IMG/VR virus record: IMGVR_UViG_3300017768_000024
Span: 1 to 36,876 of that record
Strand: one strand, 5' to 3'
Length of the DNA stretch: 36,876 nt
From: a virus
Taxonomy: Duplodnaviria > Caudoviricetes
This document shows positions 7,284 to 18,368 of the stretch, one piece after another. The position numbers and the translations under genes were made by a program. Under the pieces are notes generated by a model. The model worked only from the letters and a program-made list of their open reading frames with translations. It was not told the origin of the DNA and made no database searches. Within the stretch, counting starts at the first letter, position 1; every line of letters starts with the position of its first letter.

Positions 7284-9272
7284 ATGGCAAGAACAACAAC
7301 TAAAAAAAATAAAGTTAGAAGTATAAATTATCTAAACAAAGATTTTGATGATTTCAGAAATAGTTTAGTGGAATACGCTAAAACATACTTTCCAAACACC
7401 TATAATGATTTTAACGAAGCTTCTCCTGGTATGATGTTTATTGAGATGGCATCATATGTCGGTGATGTTTTATCTTACTATTTAGATAGTCAATTTAGAG
7501 AATCACTATTACCCTTTGCTGAAGAGAAAAGAAATGTTTACAATATAGCACAATCGTTAGGATATAAACCTCGTATAACTTCACCATCTAACGTGGTTCT
7601 TGATGTATTTCAAACCGTACCCGCCTTAAATGGTAAACCTGATTACAGATATGCCCTAACAATCAAAGCGGGAGCTAGGGTAAATTCATCAACTAATGGA
7701 ACAACGTTTAGAACCTTAGATGATGTTAATTTTAAATTTGATACCTTATCAGACCAAAGGATAACAACAATATTTGAAAATGATGGTGATACACCTACTA
7801 AGTTTTTATTAAAGAAAAGAGTTAAAGCAGAGAGTGGTGAGATTTCTAAAGAATTCTTTTCATTCGGTTCTGCACAAAAATACACACAAATTAAATTAGA
7901 AAATCCTGATGTGATACAAATATTATCATGCACAGATAGTGATGGTAATAAATGGTATGAGGTTGATTCATTAGCTCGTGATACTATATTTGAAGATATT
8001 GAAAATAATTCTACTAATGACCCAACATCGGTTCTTAATAGAGATACGTCACCACATATTTTAAAATTAAAAAAGACATCTCGTAGATTTACAACTTTTA
8101 TTAATGAAAATGATGAAACAATTTTAAGATTTGGTGCAGGGGTGTCTGATAATCCTGATGAAGAGATTATACCTAATCCTGATAGTGTTGGTTCTAATTT
8201 ACCTGGTAGTCCAAGTTTCTTAACACAAGCGTTTGACCCAAGTAATTTCTTAAAGACAAAGACTTTTGGTTTAGCACCAGCGAACACAACGCTAACTATT
8301 GAATACGCTTTCGGTGGTGGAGTTGATGATAACGTTAATAGTGGAGACATTACATTTAAAGGTGGTCAAACTTTTGAAATAGATAACCAAAATTTATCGT
8401 CAACTTTAGTTCAGGCATCTAAAGACTCTCTTGCATTTACTAATCCAAAACCAGCTACAGGTGGAGGTGGTGGTGAAACTGTTCGTGACGTTAGAGAAAA
8501 CGCATTAGCATATTATCAAGCACAACAAAGAGCGGTTACAAAAGAGGACTATATTGTTAGAGCATATTCTTTACCAGCCAAATTTGGTAACATAGCTAAA
8601 GTTCACTTAGTACAAGATGACCAATTAAACAAACCAACAGATGAGCTGGATAGAAAGGTAACTACTGACGATGTTAATAATGGGTTGACAATTAAACAAT
8701 TGACTGCAAGAGTTCCTAACCCATTAGCTATGAATATGTATACTCTTGGATATAATTCTAATAATAATTTAGTACCACTATCCACTACAGTTAAAGAAAA
8801 TTTAAAAACTTACTTGTCACAATATAGGTTAGTTACCGATGCAATCAATATAAAAGACGCTTACATAATTGATGTGGCTATAGATTTTGCAATATTGACA
8901 AAAGTCGGATTCAATAAAAATGATATTCTCTTAAGATGTATCGATAGAGTAAAAGATTACTTTGATGTCACGAAATGGCAGATAGGTCAACCTATAATAC
9001 TTTCAGATATAGTTTATGAATTATCTTTGGTTGATGGAGTTTCTAGTGTTGTTAATCCATTGGTTGATGGTCAACGAGGTAAACAACAAATAGTAATAAC
9101 AAATAAATTCAAACCATCCGATGGTTATTCTGGCAATGCTTTTGATGTTGAGTCAGCGACTATAAATGGTGTAATTTACACAGCGTTAGACCCAAGTATT
9201 TTTCAAGTTCGTTTTCCCGACACAGACATAAAAGGAACTGTAGTTGGAGACACATTAGGTATTACGGAGTAA
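7284..9272 (+). CDS. baseplate wedge subunit (T4 gp6 / baseplate J-like)
   Basis: DFDDFRNSL...DFNEASPG, AQSLGYKP, FGAGV, ATGGGGGET, QRAVTKEDY motifs; follows gp25. Confidence 0.9.
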   Translation: MARTTTKKNKVRSINYLNKDFDDFRNSLVEYAKTYFPNTYNDFNEASPGMMFIEMASYVGDVLSYYLDSQFRESLLPFAEEKRNVYNIAQSLGYKPRITSPSNVVLDVFQTVPALNGKPDYRYALTIKAGARVNSSTNGTTFRTLDDVNFKFDTLSDQRITTIFENDGDTPTKFLLKKRVKAESGEISKEFFSFGSAQKYTQIKLENPDVIQILSCTDSDGNKWYEVDSLARDTIFEDIENNSTNDPTSVLNRDTSPHILKLKKTSRRFTTFINENDETILRFGAGVSDNPDEEIIPNPDSVGSNLPGSPSFLTQAFDPSNFLKTKTFGLAPANTTLTIEYAFGGGVDDNVNSGDITFKGGQTFEIDNQNLSSTLVQASKDSLAFTNPKPATGGGGGETVRDVRENALAYYQAQQRAVTKEDYIVRAYSLPAKFGNIAKVHLVQDDQLNKPTDELDRKVTTDDVNNGLTIKQLTARVPNPLAMNMYTLGYNSNNNLVPLSTTVKENLKTYLSQYRLVTDAINIKDAYIIDVAIDFAILTKVGFNKNDILLRCIDRVKDYFDVTKWQIGQPIILSDIVYELSLVDGVSSVVNPLVDGQRGKQQIVITNKFKPSDGYSGNAFDVESATINGVIYTALDPSIFQVRFPDTDIKGTVVGDTLGITE

Positions 9273-9276
9273 CATA

Positions 9277-10395
9277 ATGCACTTTTTTATTTTTCCAACA
9301 AAAGACGCAACATTATATCAAGATAGTGGAAGTCAGAACACAGGTCTTGATGAAATTTTAGAGATAAGAAAAGATGTCAGTATAGCTGGCACAACAATAG
9401 ATGTATCTCGTGCTTTAGTAGAATTTGACATGACAAAGCCTGCCCGTCTGGCAGCACAAAACCCAACTAAAGTTTTTCGTTATTATTTAAATTTATTTGA
9501 TGCGAGACCATCAGCGTTATCTGTATCACAGAGTTTGTACGCTCATCCAATAAGTGGTTCTTGGGATATGGGACAAGGAAAACTCAACGACAATCCAACG
9601 ACTACTGAGGGTTGTAGTTTTAATTTTAGAGATGGTGCGACAGTCGGAACTAATTGGATTACAAACGTTAGTGGTTCTGGTGGAGCTTGGTTCGAAGGTA
9701 GTGGCTTTGAAGCTTCTCAATCACTCACCCATAAAACAGAAGATATCAGAATGGATGTAACTGATATCGTTAATAATTGGATAGATAACGTTATACCAAA
9801 CAATGGTTTTATTGTAAAACGAAGTGGAAGTTTAGGTACGATACAATCTACGGATGATGAGGGTAGCACAGATAGATTGGGTAATTTATCATTCTTCTCA
9901 TCTGATACTCATACAAAATATCCACCAACACTTGAAATAGAATATGATGATTCGGTTTGGAATACAGGCTCATTGTCACCATTGAGTAGCACAGAGATTG
10001 AGGACTTAGTAGTTTATATGAGAGGTTTAAGACCTGAGTACAAGGAGAAAACAAGAGCTAAGTTTAGAGTGATAGGTAGAGAAAGATTTCCTACAAAAAC
10101 ATTTGATTCAACACCAAGTAATTTATCCGTAAAGTATTTACCAAGTGGTAGTGCTAGTGGAGATGGAGCATTTTATTCAATCACAGATGCTGAGACAGAA
10201 GATGTAATTGTTCCCTTCGGTAGTGGTTCAAGAATTAGTTGTGACTCAACTGGTAACTTTTTTAATCTTGATTTAGATGGTTATCAACCAGAAAGATTTT
10301 ATAATCTGTTATTTCAGGTCGTGAGTGGTAGTGGAACTAATGACGAACAAAAATTAATACTTGATGAGGGATTTTCATTTAAGGTATCAATCTAA
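9277..10395 (+). CDS. virion structural protein with DNRLRE/CBM96-like domain
   Basis: KDATLY...SRALVEFD...DVTDIVNNW...NNGFIVK...FFSSD...PPTLEIEY pattern. Confidence 0.6.
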   Translation: MHFFIFPTKDATLYQDSGSQNTGLDEILEIRKDVSIAGTTIDVSRALVEFDMTKPARLAAQNPTKVFRYYLNLFDARPSALSVSQSLYAHPISGSWDMGQGKLNDNPTTTEGCSFNFRDGATVGTNWITNVSGSGGAWFEGSGFEASQSLTHKTEDIRMDVTDIVNNWIDNVIPNNGFIVKRSGSLGTIQSTDDEGSTDRLGNLSFFSSDTHTKYPPTLEIEYDDSVWNTGSLSPLSSTEIEDLVVYMRGLRPEYKEKTRAKFRVIGRERFPTKTFDSTPSNLSVKYLPSGSASGDGAFYSITDAETEDVIVPFGSGSRISCDSTGNFFNLDLDGYQPERFYNLLFQVVSGSGTNDEQKLILDEGFSFKVSI

Positions 10396-10955
10396 TGCCA
10401 TACACAAAAGACCAACTTGAAAAAGGTAAAAGTTTATTCTATAATAACTTTAGAGAAAAGATTAGAGCAGAATATTTGAATAGATTATCTGGCTCTGCAG
10501 AAAATGATTTTCGTACTACAGAAAATGTCTTGTTATCATATGAAAGAATTGGTGAACCATTAGAGGGTATTGAAACAATAAATTTTGATGAAGAACAAGC
10601 TGTATCAATATATGAAAACTTTTTACAATCTGAGCAATTAGAATTAAGCAAATCAAAACAAGATAATAATTTACCTATTTATTTTCGAGGTAACTTATTA
10701 AACAATATAATTAATAGGGACATAAGCGAACTACTAACTTTTGTTGTATCGACAGACTTGCCAGATGGTATAGAGGAAAGCGATGTCGTTACTAATGATG
10801 ACCCATTTGATAAAACAAGATTTTTAATAGAGGATGGACTAAAAAGAAAATTTAGAAATTTAGGTGAGTTTTATGGTAGAGGATTTAAATTATCAGATTT
10901 AAAAACAATTACAAAACCAGAGTTAAATTCTATAGTAGATGGTGAGGACTTATAA
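10395..10955 (+). CDS. hypothetical protein in baseplate operon
   Basis: TAATG-coupled at both ends; 186 aa. Confidence 0.75.
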   Translation: MPYTKDQLEKGKSLFYNNFREKIRAEYLNRLSGSAENDFRTTENVLLSYERIGEPLEGIETINFDEEQAVSIYENFLQSEQLELSKSKQDNNLPIYFRGNLLNNIINRDISELLTFVVSTDLPDGIEESDVVTNDDPFDKTRFLIEDGLKRKFRNLGEFYGRGFKLSDLKTITKPELNSIVDGEDL

Positions 10956-12340
10956 TGGAACAGCGTTTAGAAGAAAAAGATTTTGATATATTATATTCGG
11001 GTAAAACTGTTGACACGGATGATATTGATTATAAATATATTTCAAGCTTTGCTATAGATAGCGAGGATGATTATGTGGAAGCTCTTATCCATGATTCAGA
11101 ACAAAATTTTATACAGAGTGTGATAGTTGATAAAAATGATTATACTTACAATGAAGTTTTAGGAAAGCCAGATGTAAAATTAAATACAGGCACAATACTA
11201 CGTAAGTTAGGTTATGATAGAGGTAGATATGTTGTTAAGTATAATTTTCTAAGAAAAAAGGCTGGTTCATATGAAAACATATTAGTCGATGAAAATAGTG
11301 AAAGATATGTTGGTGACTTTCATGTCATGCCTGATGGAATTATTATGGATGGCGCATCACATGAAGAAACAACTGGTAAGGTTTTACAAGTTAAAGAATT
11401 AAAATATTTTATACAAGAAATATCACCAAGTCGAAATGAGATAAGAATAGTACCACAAAAAATAAAAGATACTAAATACATAAACTCATTTGTTAATTTA
11501 CAACAAAGAAATAACCAATATACTTTCAAGGAGAGTGTAAGTTTACATGAACCCCCTCAATCATCAATAGCTGGCGATTCAAAAAAAGTATATATTTCAG
11601 ATAAAGAAGCTCTAAGAACATATATGGAGGGTGGTACTTTTTTTATAAACAATTCTTTCATAGAACAAGTAATCCCACCAACACCTCCAACTGGTGAGGG
11701 TAACTTGTTTGAAGAGTCTGATACAGCTGGTACAGACCCAATCGTCGTAACATCACGCTTCGTGGTATTAGAAGAGACAACTACATTTTATGCAAGTGGG
11801 GATAAATCTTTAGATTTTATCTACAAACAAATTACTAACAATGGTACAAATAAAAATGTGACTGTAGATGATATTTTACCAGTTGAAGATAATTTTAATT
11901 TTCAAAATGACAAAATAATTAAAAATGTTATTGGTGCAAAAACAGATGGTGATAATATTTTTGATAAGATTACTAAGTTTAGAAGACCAATAGAAGGTCA
12001 GCCTATTATACTAACATTGGGTAGTATTTCAAATAAACCACAAAATGTAGCTTTCGAATATGAGTGGACTATATTTGGGTATGATAGAAATAGATATGGT
12101 AAGGGTAAAGATGAACAACATAGATATGACCCAATATCAGGTAGAAATGGTGGTGTAGGTACTGTGATTATACAAGGTGAGACACCAGGTTCGTTAACAG
12201 CGATAGGTACTGATAAAAAGCAGATTACCATAGAGATTTATGGTGGTGATGTAAGATTGGGTGTAGCGTTGAGAATCAGTAGACCAGCTGCAGATTTAGA
12301 GAGTAGTGTGGCTATACCTCATGCTATATTTGTGGAGTAG
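10955..12340 (+). CDS. putative baseplate structural protein
   Basis: 461 aa, GAGG RBS, IQEISPSRNEIRI motif; operon context. Confidence 0.65.
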   Translation: MEQRLEEKDFDILYSGKTVDTDDIDYKYISSFAIDSEDDYVEALIHDSEQNFIQSVIVDKNDYTYNEVLGKPDVKLNTGTILRKLGYDRGRYVVKYNFLRKKAGSYENILVDENSERYVGDFHVMPDGIIMDGASHEETTGKVLQVKELKYFIQEISPSRNEIRIVPQKIKDTKYINSFVNLQQRNNQYTFKESVSLHEPPQSSIAGDSKKVYISDKEALRTYMEGGTFFINNSFIEQVIPPTPPTGEGNLFEESDTAGTDPIVVTSRFVVLEETTTFYASGDKSLDFIYKQITNNGTNKNVTVDDILPVEDNFNFQNDKIIKNVIGAKTDGDNIFDKITKFRRPIEGQPIILTLGSISNKPQNVAFEYEWTIFGYDRNRYGKGKDEQHRYDPISGRNGGVGTVIIQGETPGSLTAIGTDKKQITIEIYGGDVRLGVALRISRPAADLESSVAIPHAIFVE

Positions 12341-12344
12341 TTAG

Positions 12345-15300
12345 ATGGCTAATAAACAATTTAAAGTAAAAGGTTTAGAGGGTATTGACAATCAGGTCAC
12401 ACCTACCACTAATATCACAATTGAGATAAGCCCAAGTGTATATGGATTTTTTACTACCAATACAGAGGTAATTTTTGAAATTAATGGTGTTCGCACAGAT
12501 TGGCCGATGGAAGATGTACTGCCCGCAGAAACATATAGTTTTACCCCTCAAGAATTAGGATTAGCTGTAAGTAATCAACCTTATGAGTTAGAGTTATCGT
12601 ACGAGGAGCAAAGCAAAGATGAACAAGGTGGTGATACTTTAGGTAGTGTAATTATTAAAGTGGTTGGTATTATTACACCAGTAGATGACCCAAACACTTA
12701 CATACTAGCCCCCTTTGTCAGTAAAATAAATAAGATAAATTTACAAAAGGGTGAAATACAATTAGAAAGTAGTTGGAATGATTTCCAAGAAGATGTAGCG
12801 CTTGAACCTGCAGTTGGTACAGCACCTGCGAATATTTTTAGAAATGCTAAAATATCTTTTAAGGCTAATGAAGTCAGAGACCTTAATACCTATGTTAATT
12901 TTGGAGATGACAATAAAACACTAATCACTAATCTAAAAGCTGATAAGGAATTATTTCCTGATTCTCCATACTCTATAGTCTTAAAACTTTATAAGCCTCT
13001 TCCAGATGAAATAGAAGAAAAAGATAGTTTATTTGTAGTAACGGAAGTCTTACCTCAACTTACAGAAACCGTTGAATTAGTACCTTACGAGCAAGAAGAC
13101 GAAAATGTAAATGTTTTATTTACACCTGACCAAGTAAATGTACAATCACCAATATCAAAAAGACAAATAATTTCTAAAAACAAAGAAGACTTGATTGGTG
13201 CTGATAAAAAATTACAACAAGAAATATTAGATAAGTTTTTATCGGGTAGTGATAAGCCAGTTAGTATGAATGTTGATTATTCAAACTATGAAGAGTTTGT
13301 TAATTTTAGTTCAATTGAAAAAAGACTTGGTAATTTTAAATACAAGTTAGAACAAATACAATCCAATACCGCTCTTAGTGCATCTAGTGTATCTTTATCG
13401 GGTGGACAATCTGATGCGATTACTTATGAAAATAATATTAGAGAAATTAAAAGAAACTTTGATGGTTATGAAAGTTATCTTTATAATATAAGTTCATCAT
13501 TTGTAACCAGCTCTGCAGAAAGTAGATTAGATACCTCCGTACCAAAGACTGGTGCAGGAACGTTTGCTGACCCTTATCTACCAGTAAACACGACCTCATC
13601 GCTATTTACAAATTGGTATGGTTCTAGCGCTTCACGGACAGGTCAAATATATTCTGCATCTCTATATGATAAGGAAAACCCAAATCGTTTAGTAAACTTA
13701 TTACCTGAACACATATCAGCTGATTTTGATAATAAACAATTTTTAGATTTTATGGACATGGTTGGTCAACACTTTGACGAATTATGGTTGTACATAAAAT
13801 CCGTAACAGATATAACTGATAGACAATATGATATATCAGATGGTATATCCACAGACCTAATTTTTGCTGTCGCTAAATCATTAGGTTGGGATACACAAGA
13901 TGGAAAAGATTTATTAGAGCTAAGTAGATTTGGATTTGGACAAAAATTAACTGGTGATTCATATGAATTATATACATCAGGTTCATTAGACTCTCCAGCT
14001 GAAGGTGACATATCCAAAGAGATTACTAAGAGATTGATATCAAGTATGCCTTATATTCTAAAATCAAAAGGTACTTTGGGTTCACTTCGAGCAATCATGA
14101 ATTGTTATGGTATACCAAGTTCTATTCTTAGAGTTAGAGAGTATGGTGGATTACAATTAGATAATCAAAAAGCAACCTTTGATATTGGTAGGAGGTTTAC
14201 ACGAGCATTAGGTTTTAGGGGTGCACAATATGTAGAGACATCTTGGGATGATACTAGCAAAGGAATTAAGCCTGAGACTATTGAATTTAGATTTAGGTCT
14301 GTATCTGGCTCCGACCAAATACTTGTACAAAAAGATGACCAATTTGCTATAAAATTAAAAGATAATGGTTCAGCTGATAACAATGGTACAGTATCATTTA
14401 TGTTATCTGGCTCTGATGGTTACAAGGAAATAAGCTCTTCATTGTTGCCAGTATTTGATGGTGAGTATCATTCTGTTATGTTGAGAAAATCAAGAATTGA
14501 GGCTGAGTTATTTCCTCATCCATCTTTCGAAGTAGGTACAAATGAGGGACTTTTTAACCCACCATTTATAACTGGTAGTAATAGTGCAGAGTTTGGTAGA
14601 ATAGAAATAGTCAGTAGTTCTAATTTTGCAAGAACAGGCACAAAAAGTTTATTACACGAAAACACTTCCGATACAAATACATCTTATACATTCTTTTATA
14701 GAAATCCAGATGCGAACCGCTTTCCTGGTAACTCAGCGAGTATAACAAATGTAAGTGAGGGTCAGACATATCTATTCTCTGCCTATTGTAAAGCATCGGC
14801 TAGTTTAGTTGACTCAGTTGCCTCATTAACATTATTTGAATTAGACAGTAATGAAGAGGTTGTGAGTTGGACTCAAGAATTTGAAAACACGAACTTTGAT
14901 GGTGGTATCAAAGGTTCACAACGAGTTGGTGTAAATGAAAATGAATGGAAACAAATACAAGTTAGAAAAACAATCAAGTTTCCAAATACTACAAAATTAG
15001 GTATAAGATTTGAAAACAATAAACCATCTTCTTCAATCTATTGGGATGATGTATCAGTTCGTAGAGTAACTGCGAATAGTGATAGTATAGATGATACCTT
15101 TAATTATGACTTATTTGTCAAAAAATATGATAGTGGATTAGATAGAATAAGATTGGCATCTAAATCTAATATGATTATATCATCTTCGGTATCAGAATCA
15201 TATAACGCGGCTTGGACTGGTAGTGGTGATTTGTTTATAGGTGGTAATACAACTACACCATTTAGTGCTAATAAATTATCAGGTTCATTGATGGAGTTTA

Positions 15301-16616
15301 GACTATGGAGTGAGACGTTAGAAGAAGAAAGATTTGATGTTCACGTTGCTACACCTAAATCATATATAGGAAATACCCCATCTTCATCATATGAAAATAT
15401 TGCTAGAAGATTCTCTTTTGATGACAATACAACATTAGCAGCTGGTGGTTTTATTAGAGATGTAAAACCTGACCAGACAAATACACAATCAGGTAGTGCT
15501 CAAGGTTTTGGTGGAGTGAATACATTTGAAACGGTAATCGATAAAACTAAAACATTAGTTCCGAATCATGGGCCAAATAGAAGGATGTCTGATAAGATAC
15601 GTATAGAAGATAATTATCTGAGTGGTAGTGGTGCTAATCTATCCGTCTCCCAAAGATATGATTATAGTTCTAATGATACATCTCCGTTGGATAGTAATAA
15701 GCTAGGAATATACTTTTCACCAACCGATGTTATTAATGATGACATTGTATCTTCATTTGCTAATTTAGATTTTAACGAATTAATTGGTGACCCAAGAGAT
15801 GTATTCTCTGAGGAGTATAGTGAGTTAAGCAGAGAATCGGATAAATACTTTAAGAAATACACAGGTAACAATAACTTTTTTGAGTACATGAGTCTTATTA
15901 AAAAATACGACCAAAATATTTTCAAACAACTTAGAAAGGTTATACCTGCGAGAGCTAAAGCAAATCTTGGAACATTAATTGAAAGTAATATTTTTGAAAG
16001 ACCAAAGTCACCTGTACAACAAAGTAATCCAACAGTAGAACAATTAGATTTACGAGATACAATTAACGTATCAGTCTTAGAGCAAGAAAGTGAGACAAGT
16101 GCATCAATTGTTTCAATAGAATCGGAGTTTCCTAATTTTGAAAGTACAATAACAGCAGGTAATGATTATGTTGCTAAACCAGCATTGTATAAATTTGCAA
16201 CTAACTTTAATCTTGAAGACCCTACACTTTATGTGAATGGTTCAACAAGCTATGGTGGTTCGGATAGTGTCTTTCAAGAGATTTCTGGTTCAATAATACT
16301 TGACAATAGAAAATCATTAATCAATCGTGAGTTTAGATATTTCTATACAAGTGCGGCTGATTTTGATAATAGTAACATTTACTCATCTGATAATTTAGAA
16401 AATTTATATTCGTCAAGGTCATTGGTTGAAACTGACTTAGACACCAATTACAGAGATAACACTGCTTTTAATAATTTATTCTACGCTGGTGTTAAAAATA
16501 CACGAGACACAACAATTGATGGGGATTCACCTGTGATAGTTAGAAGAACCGCACCAACTGTAGCAATACCAGTTGATGGTGTAACATCTGACTTACAGGT
16601 TTTAGACGATAAGTAG
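12345..16616 (+). CDS. large baseplate wedge protein (gp7/P2 gpI-like core) with LamG and CBM-like domains
   Basis: LLPEHI...FMDMVGQHFD and LKSKGTLGSLRAIMNCYG motifs; LamG-like TIEFRFR...LFIGG...GSLMEFRLW; ends its core with VIPAR. Confidence 0.65.
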   Translation: MANKQFKVKGLEGIDNQVTPTTNITIEISPSVYGFFTTNTEVIFEINGVRTDWPMEDVLPAETYSFTPQELGLAVSNQPYELELSYEEQSKDEQGGDTLGSVIIKVVGIITPVDDPNTYILAPFVSKINKINLQKGEIQLESSWNDFQEDVALEPAVGTAPANIFRNAKISFKANEVRDLNTYVNFGDDNKTLITNLKADKELFPDSPYSIVLKLYKPLPDEIEEKDSLFVVTEVLPQLTETVELVPYEQEDENVNVLFTPDQVNVQSPISKRQIISKNKEDLIGADKKLQQEILDKFLSGSDKPVSMNVDYSNYEEFVNFSSIEKRLGNFKYKLEQIQSNTALSASSVSLSGGQSDAITYENNIREIKRNFDGYESYLYNISSSFVTSSAESRLDTSVPKTGAGTFADPYLPVNTTSSLFTNWYGSSASRTGQIYSASLYDKENPNRLVNLLPEHISADFDNKQFLDFMDMVGQHFDELWLYIKSVTDITDRQYDISDGISTDLIFAVAKSLGWDTQDGKDLLELSRFGFGQKLTGDSYELYTSGSLDSPAEGDISKEITKRLISSMPYILKSKGTLGSLRAIMNCYGIPSSILRVREYGGLQLDNQKATFDIGRRFTRALGFRGAQYVETSWDDTSKGIKPETIEFRFRSVSGSDQILVQKDDQFAIKLKDNGSADNNGTVSFMLSGSDGYKEISSSLLPVFDGEYHSVMLRKSRIEAELFPHPSFEVGTNEGLFNPPFITGSNSAEFGRIEIVSSSNFARTGTKSLLHENTSDTNTSYTFFYRNPDANRFPGNSASITNVSEGQTYLFSAYCKASASLVDSVASLTLFELDSNEEVVSWTQEFENTNFDGGIKGSQRVGVNENEWKQIQVRKTIKFPNTTKLGIRFENNKPSSSIYWDDVSVRRVTANSDSIDDTFNYDLFVKKYDSGLDRIRLASKSNMIISSSVSESYNAAWTGSGDLFIGGNTTTPFSANKLSGSLMEFRLWSETLEEERFDVHVATPKSYIGNTPSSSYENIARRFSFDDNTTLAAGGFIRDVKPDQTNTQSGSAQGFGGVNTFETVIDKTKTLVPNHGPNRRMSDKIRIEDNYLSGSGANLSVSQRYDYSSNDTSPLDSNKLGIYFSPTDVINDDIVSSFANLDFNELIGDPRDVFSEEYSELSRESDKYFKKYTGNNNFFEYMSLIKKYDQNIFKQLRKVIPARAKANLGTLIESNIFERPKSPVQQSNPTVEQLDLRDTINVSVLEQESETSASIVSIESEFPNFESTITAGNDYVAKPALYKFATNFNLEDPTLYVNGSTSYGGSDSVFQEISGSIILDNRKSLINREFRYFYTSAADFDNSNIYSSDNLENLYSSRSLVETDLDTNYRDNTAFNNLFYAGVKNTRDTTIDGDSPVIVRRTAPTVAIPVDGVTSDLQVLDDK

Positions 16617-16643
16617 AATTAAAACAAAAAAAATTAATTAGAG

Positions 16644-16665
16644 ATATTTATAATTGAATAGTTAT
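16644..16665 (+). promoter_or_regulatory. putative late promoter motifs ATATTTAT / ATAGTTAT
   Basis: Same 14-mer as at 4343, followed by ATAGTTAT, upstream of a GGAGA RBS. Confidence 0.55.
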
Positions 16666-16690
16666 AATACATTAAATCTTGGAGATAAAA

Positions 16691-17311
16691 ATGGGATTTT
16701 TAGACAACTCAACAACGACCGTAGACGCAATACTCACTACGAGAGGTAGAGAGTTATTATCATCTGGTGAGGGATTAAATATTACAAAATTCGCTCTTAG
16801 CGATGAAGAGGTGGATTACACACTTTTTGACGTTACCCACCCTAATGGTACAGATTCTTACGGCTCAGTAATCGAAAACATGAATTTATTAGAGGCTATA
16901 CCAAATCGTAGAACTTTCAATAGTTTCTTAGTGGATGTCCCATTAACGGGTGCCGGTATAGTTGTTTCTAATTTAACAAACTCTAACGTAGCAGGTGGTG
17001 CGGTAGTACCATTGTCACCTACATCAGATGGTGATGAACAATTTGTATTCACTATATCGAATACTAATGTAGTTCGTTTCCAAGGTGATGCTTTATCTAG
17101 AAGTGTACGTAGGCCAAATGTTACGCTATTAGCACAAAAAATAACAGAGAGTGCAACAGCAACAGTTTCTATATTAGGTGTCAATACAGGCTTAACTTCA
17201 ATTGTAAGTGTACAAGTCAATAAGACTGAGGGTGCGTCGATAAATCCAGACTCACCAGAAAAAGATAACCTTGACCCCGCTACCGGCGTTGGTACTGGAT
17301 ATGGAGGTTAA
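16691..17311 (+). CDS. virion structural protein (tail-fibre-base-like N-terminus)
   Basis: Start moved to ATG 16691 (GGAGA RBS); AILTTRGRELL...ITKFALSD resembles the N-terminus of tail-collar/fibre base domains. Confidence 0.65.
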   Translation: MGFLDNSTTTVDAILTTRGRELLSSGEGLNITKFALSDEEVDYTLFDVTHPNGTDSYGSVIENMNLLEAIPNRRTFNSFLVDVPLTGAGIVVSNLTNSNVAGGAVVPLSPTSDGDEQFVFTISNTNVVRFQGDALSRSVRRPNVTLLAQKITESATATVSILGVNTGLTSIVSVQVNKTEGASINPDSPEKDNLDPATGVGTGYGG

Positions 17312-17314
17312 TAA

Positions 17315-18358
17315 ATGGCAACTTTTAAAATTTTAGATAATCAAGAAGATATCGTAAACAATAGCTCGATTGTAACATCAGGTGTTTTCCAAGATGGTGT
17401 TTCAAGTATAACTACTTTTTCTACATCAAGTGTACAAAGCGGTAGCACAGGTGACTATAGTTTAGATGTTTATAAGTTCAATCCACAATCCAACGCATCA
17501 GCATCAATTCAGTTTGGTGTAGCATACGGACACTTTCAAGGTAGTGGTTCAGTCGGAGGTGTTGGGGTCGCTGGTGAAAGACCATCAGCAGCTGTATATG
17601 GACAATTTAATCAATTAATTAATCCTCCACAAACACAAAAGTTTACTTTTGGTACACATGAGGCAGACGACATATTAGTGTTAACTTTCAATCGTGCAAG
17701 AATTAGAGAAACCTTGCAAAGAGGTGGTTGGGAATTACACTTAAGTGGTAGTGGTGTGCCTGGAGTGATAAAACTAATTGATGATTCTTCAACAAACAAA
17801 GGTGGTAATACAAGTAGAAGAAATTTCTCACCAGAGTATAACATCGTTAGTGGTAGTTTAACTGGCGGAACAACGATAAGAGATGAAGCTTCTGATGATA
17901 GCACATATGGTACTTATGGTTTATTTTATCCTGAAATTGGTACATTGATTTTAAATTCAAATCGTATTGAATCACAAATAGTAAAAGTTGGTACTAAAAC
18001 ATCATTAATCGGAAGTGGTTCTAATTCTGATGGTGGGAATAATGACGCTTTCTATGAGACAATTAAAGGTGGTGCGTTCTTCCAAGCTAAACGAGAAGAA
18101 ACAATCTCATCACGACACTTCTTCATTAGAGCTACCTCAAATCGTTTCAACGCAACAACAAATGAGTCTTACTATACCGAATCAATAGCCGGTGTTAAGA
18201 GAATTATACCTGGCTTACAAAACGACCCTAAAACTTTTATAACGACTGTGGGTTTATATAACGACGCTGATGAGTTATTGGCGGTTGCTAAATTAAGTAA
18301 ACCAATTATTAAATCTCGTTCAAGGGAAGCATTGATTAAAGTAAAACTTGATTTTTAA
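17315..18358 (+). CDS. virion structural protein (baseplate periphery)
   Basis: GGAGG RBS; C-terminal FITTVGLYNDADELLAVAKLSKPI...VKLDF. Confidence 0.7.
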   Translation: MATFKILDNQEDIVNNSSIVTSGVFQDGVSSITTFSTSSVQSGSTGDYSLDVYKFNPQSNASASIQFGVAYGHFQGSGSVGGVGVAGERPSAAVYGQFNQLINPPQTQKFTFGTHEADDILVLTFNRARIRETLQRGGWELHLSGSGVPGVIKLIDDSSTNKGGNTSRRNFSPEYNIVSGSLTGGTTIRDEASDDSTYGTYGLFYPEIGTLILNSNRIESQIVKVGTKTSLIGSGSNSDGGNNDAFYETIKGGAFFQAKREETISSRHFFIRATSNRFNATTNESYYTESIAGVKRIIPGLQNDPKTFITTVGLYNDADELLAVAKLSKPIIKSRSREALIKVKLDF

Positions 18359-18368
18359 GGGTTAGGTC

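Noticed and set aside
7643-8350. 235-aa antisense ORF and other minus-strand ORFs inside long genes
   Set aside because: They are shadows of well-supported + strand genes, with no RBS or motifs.
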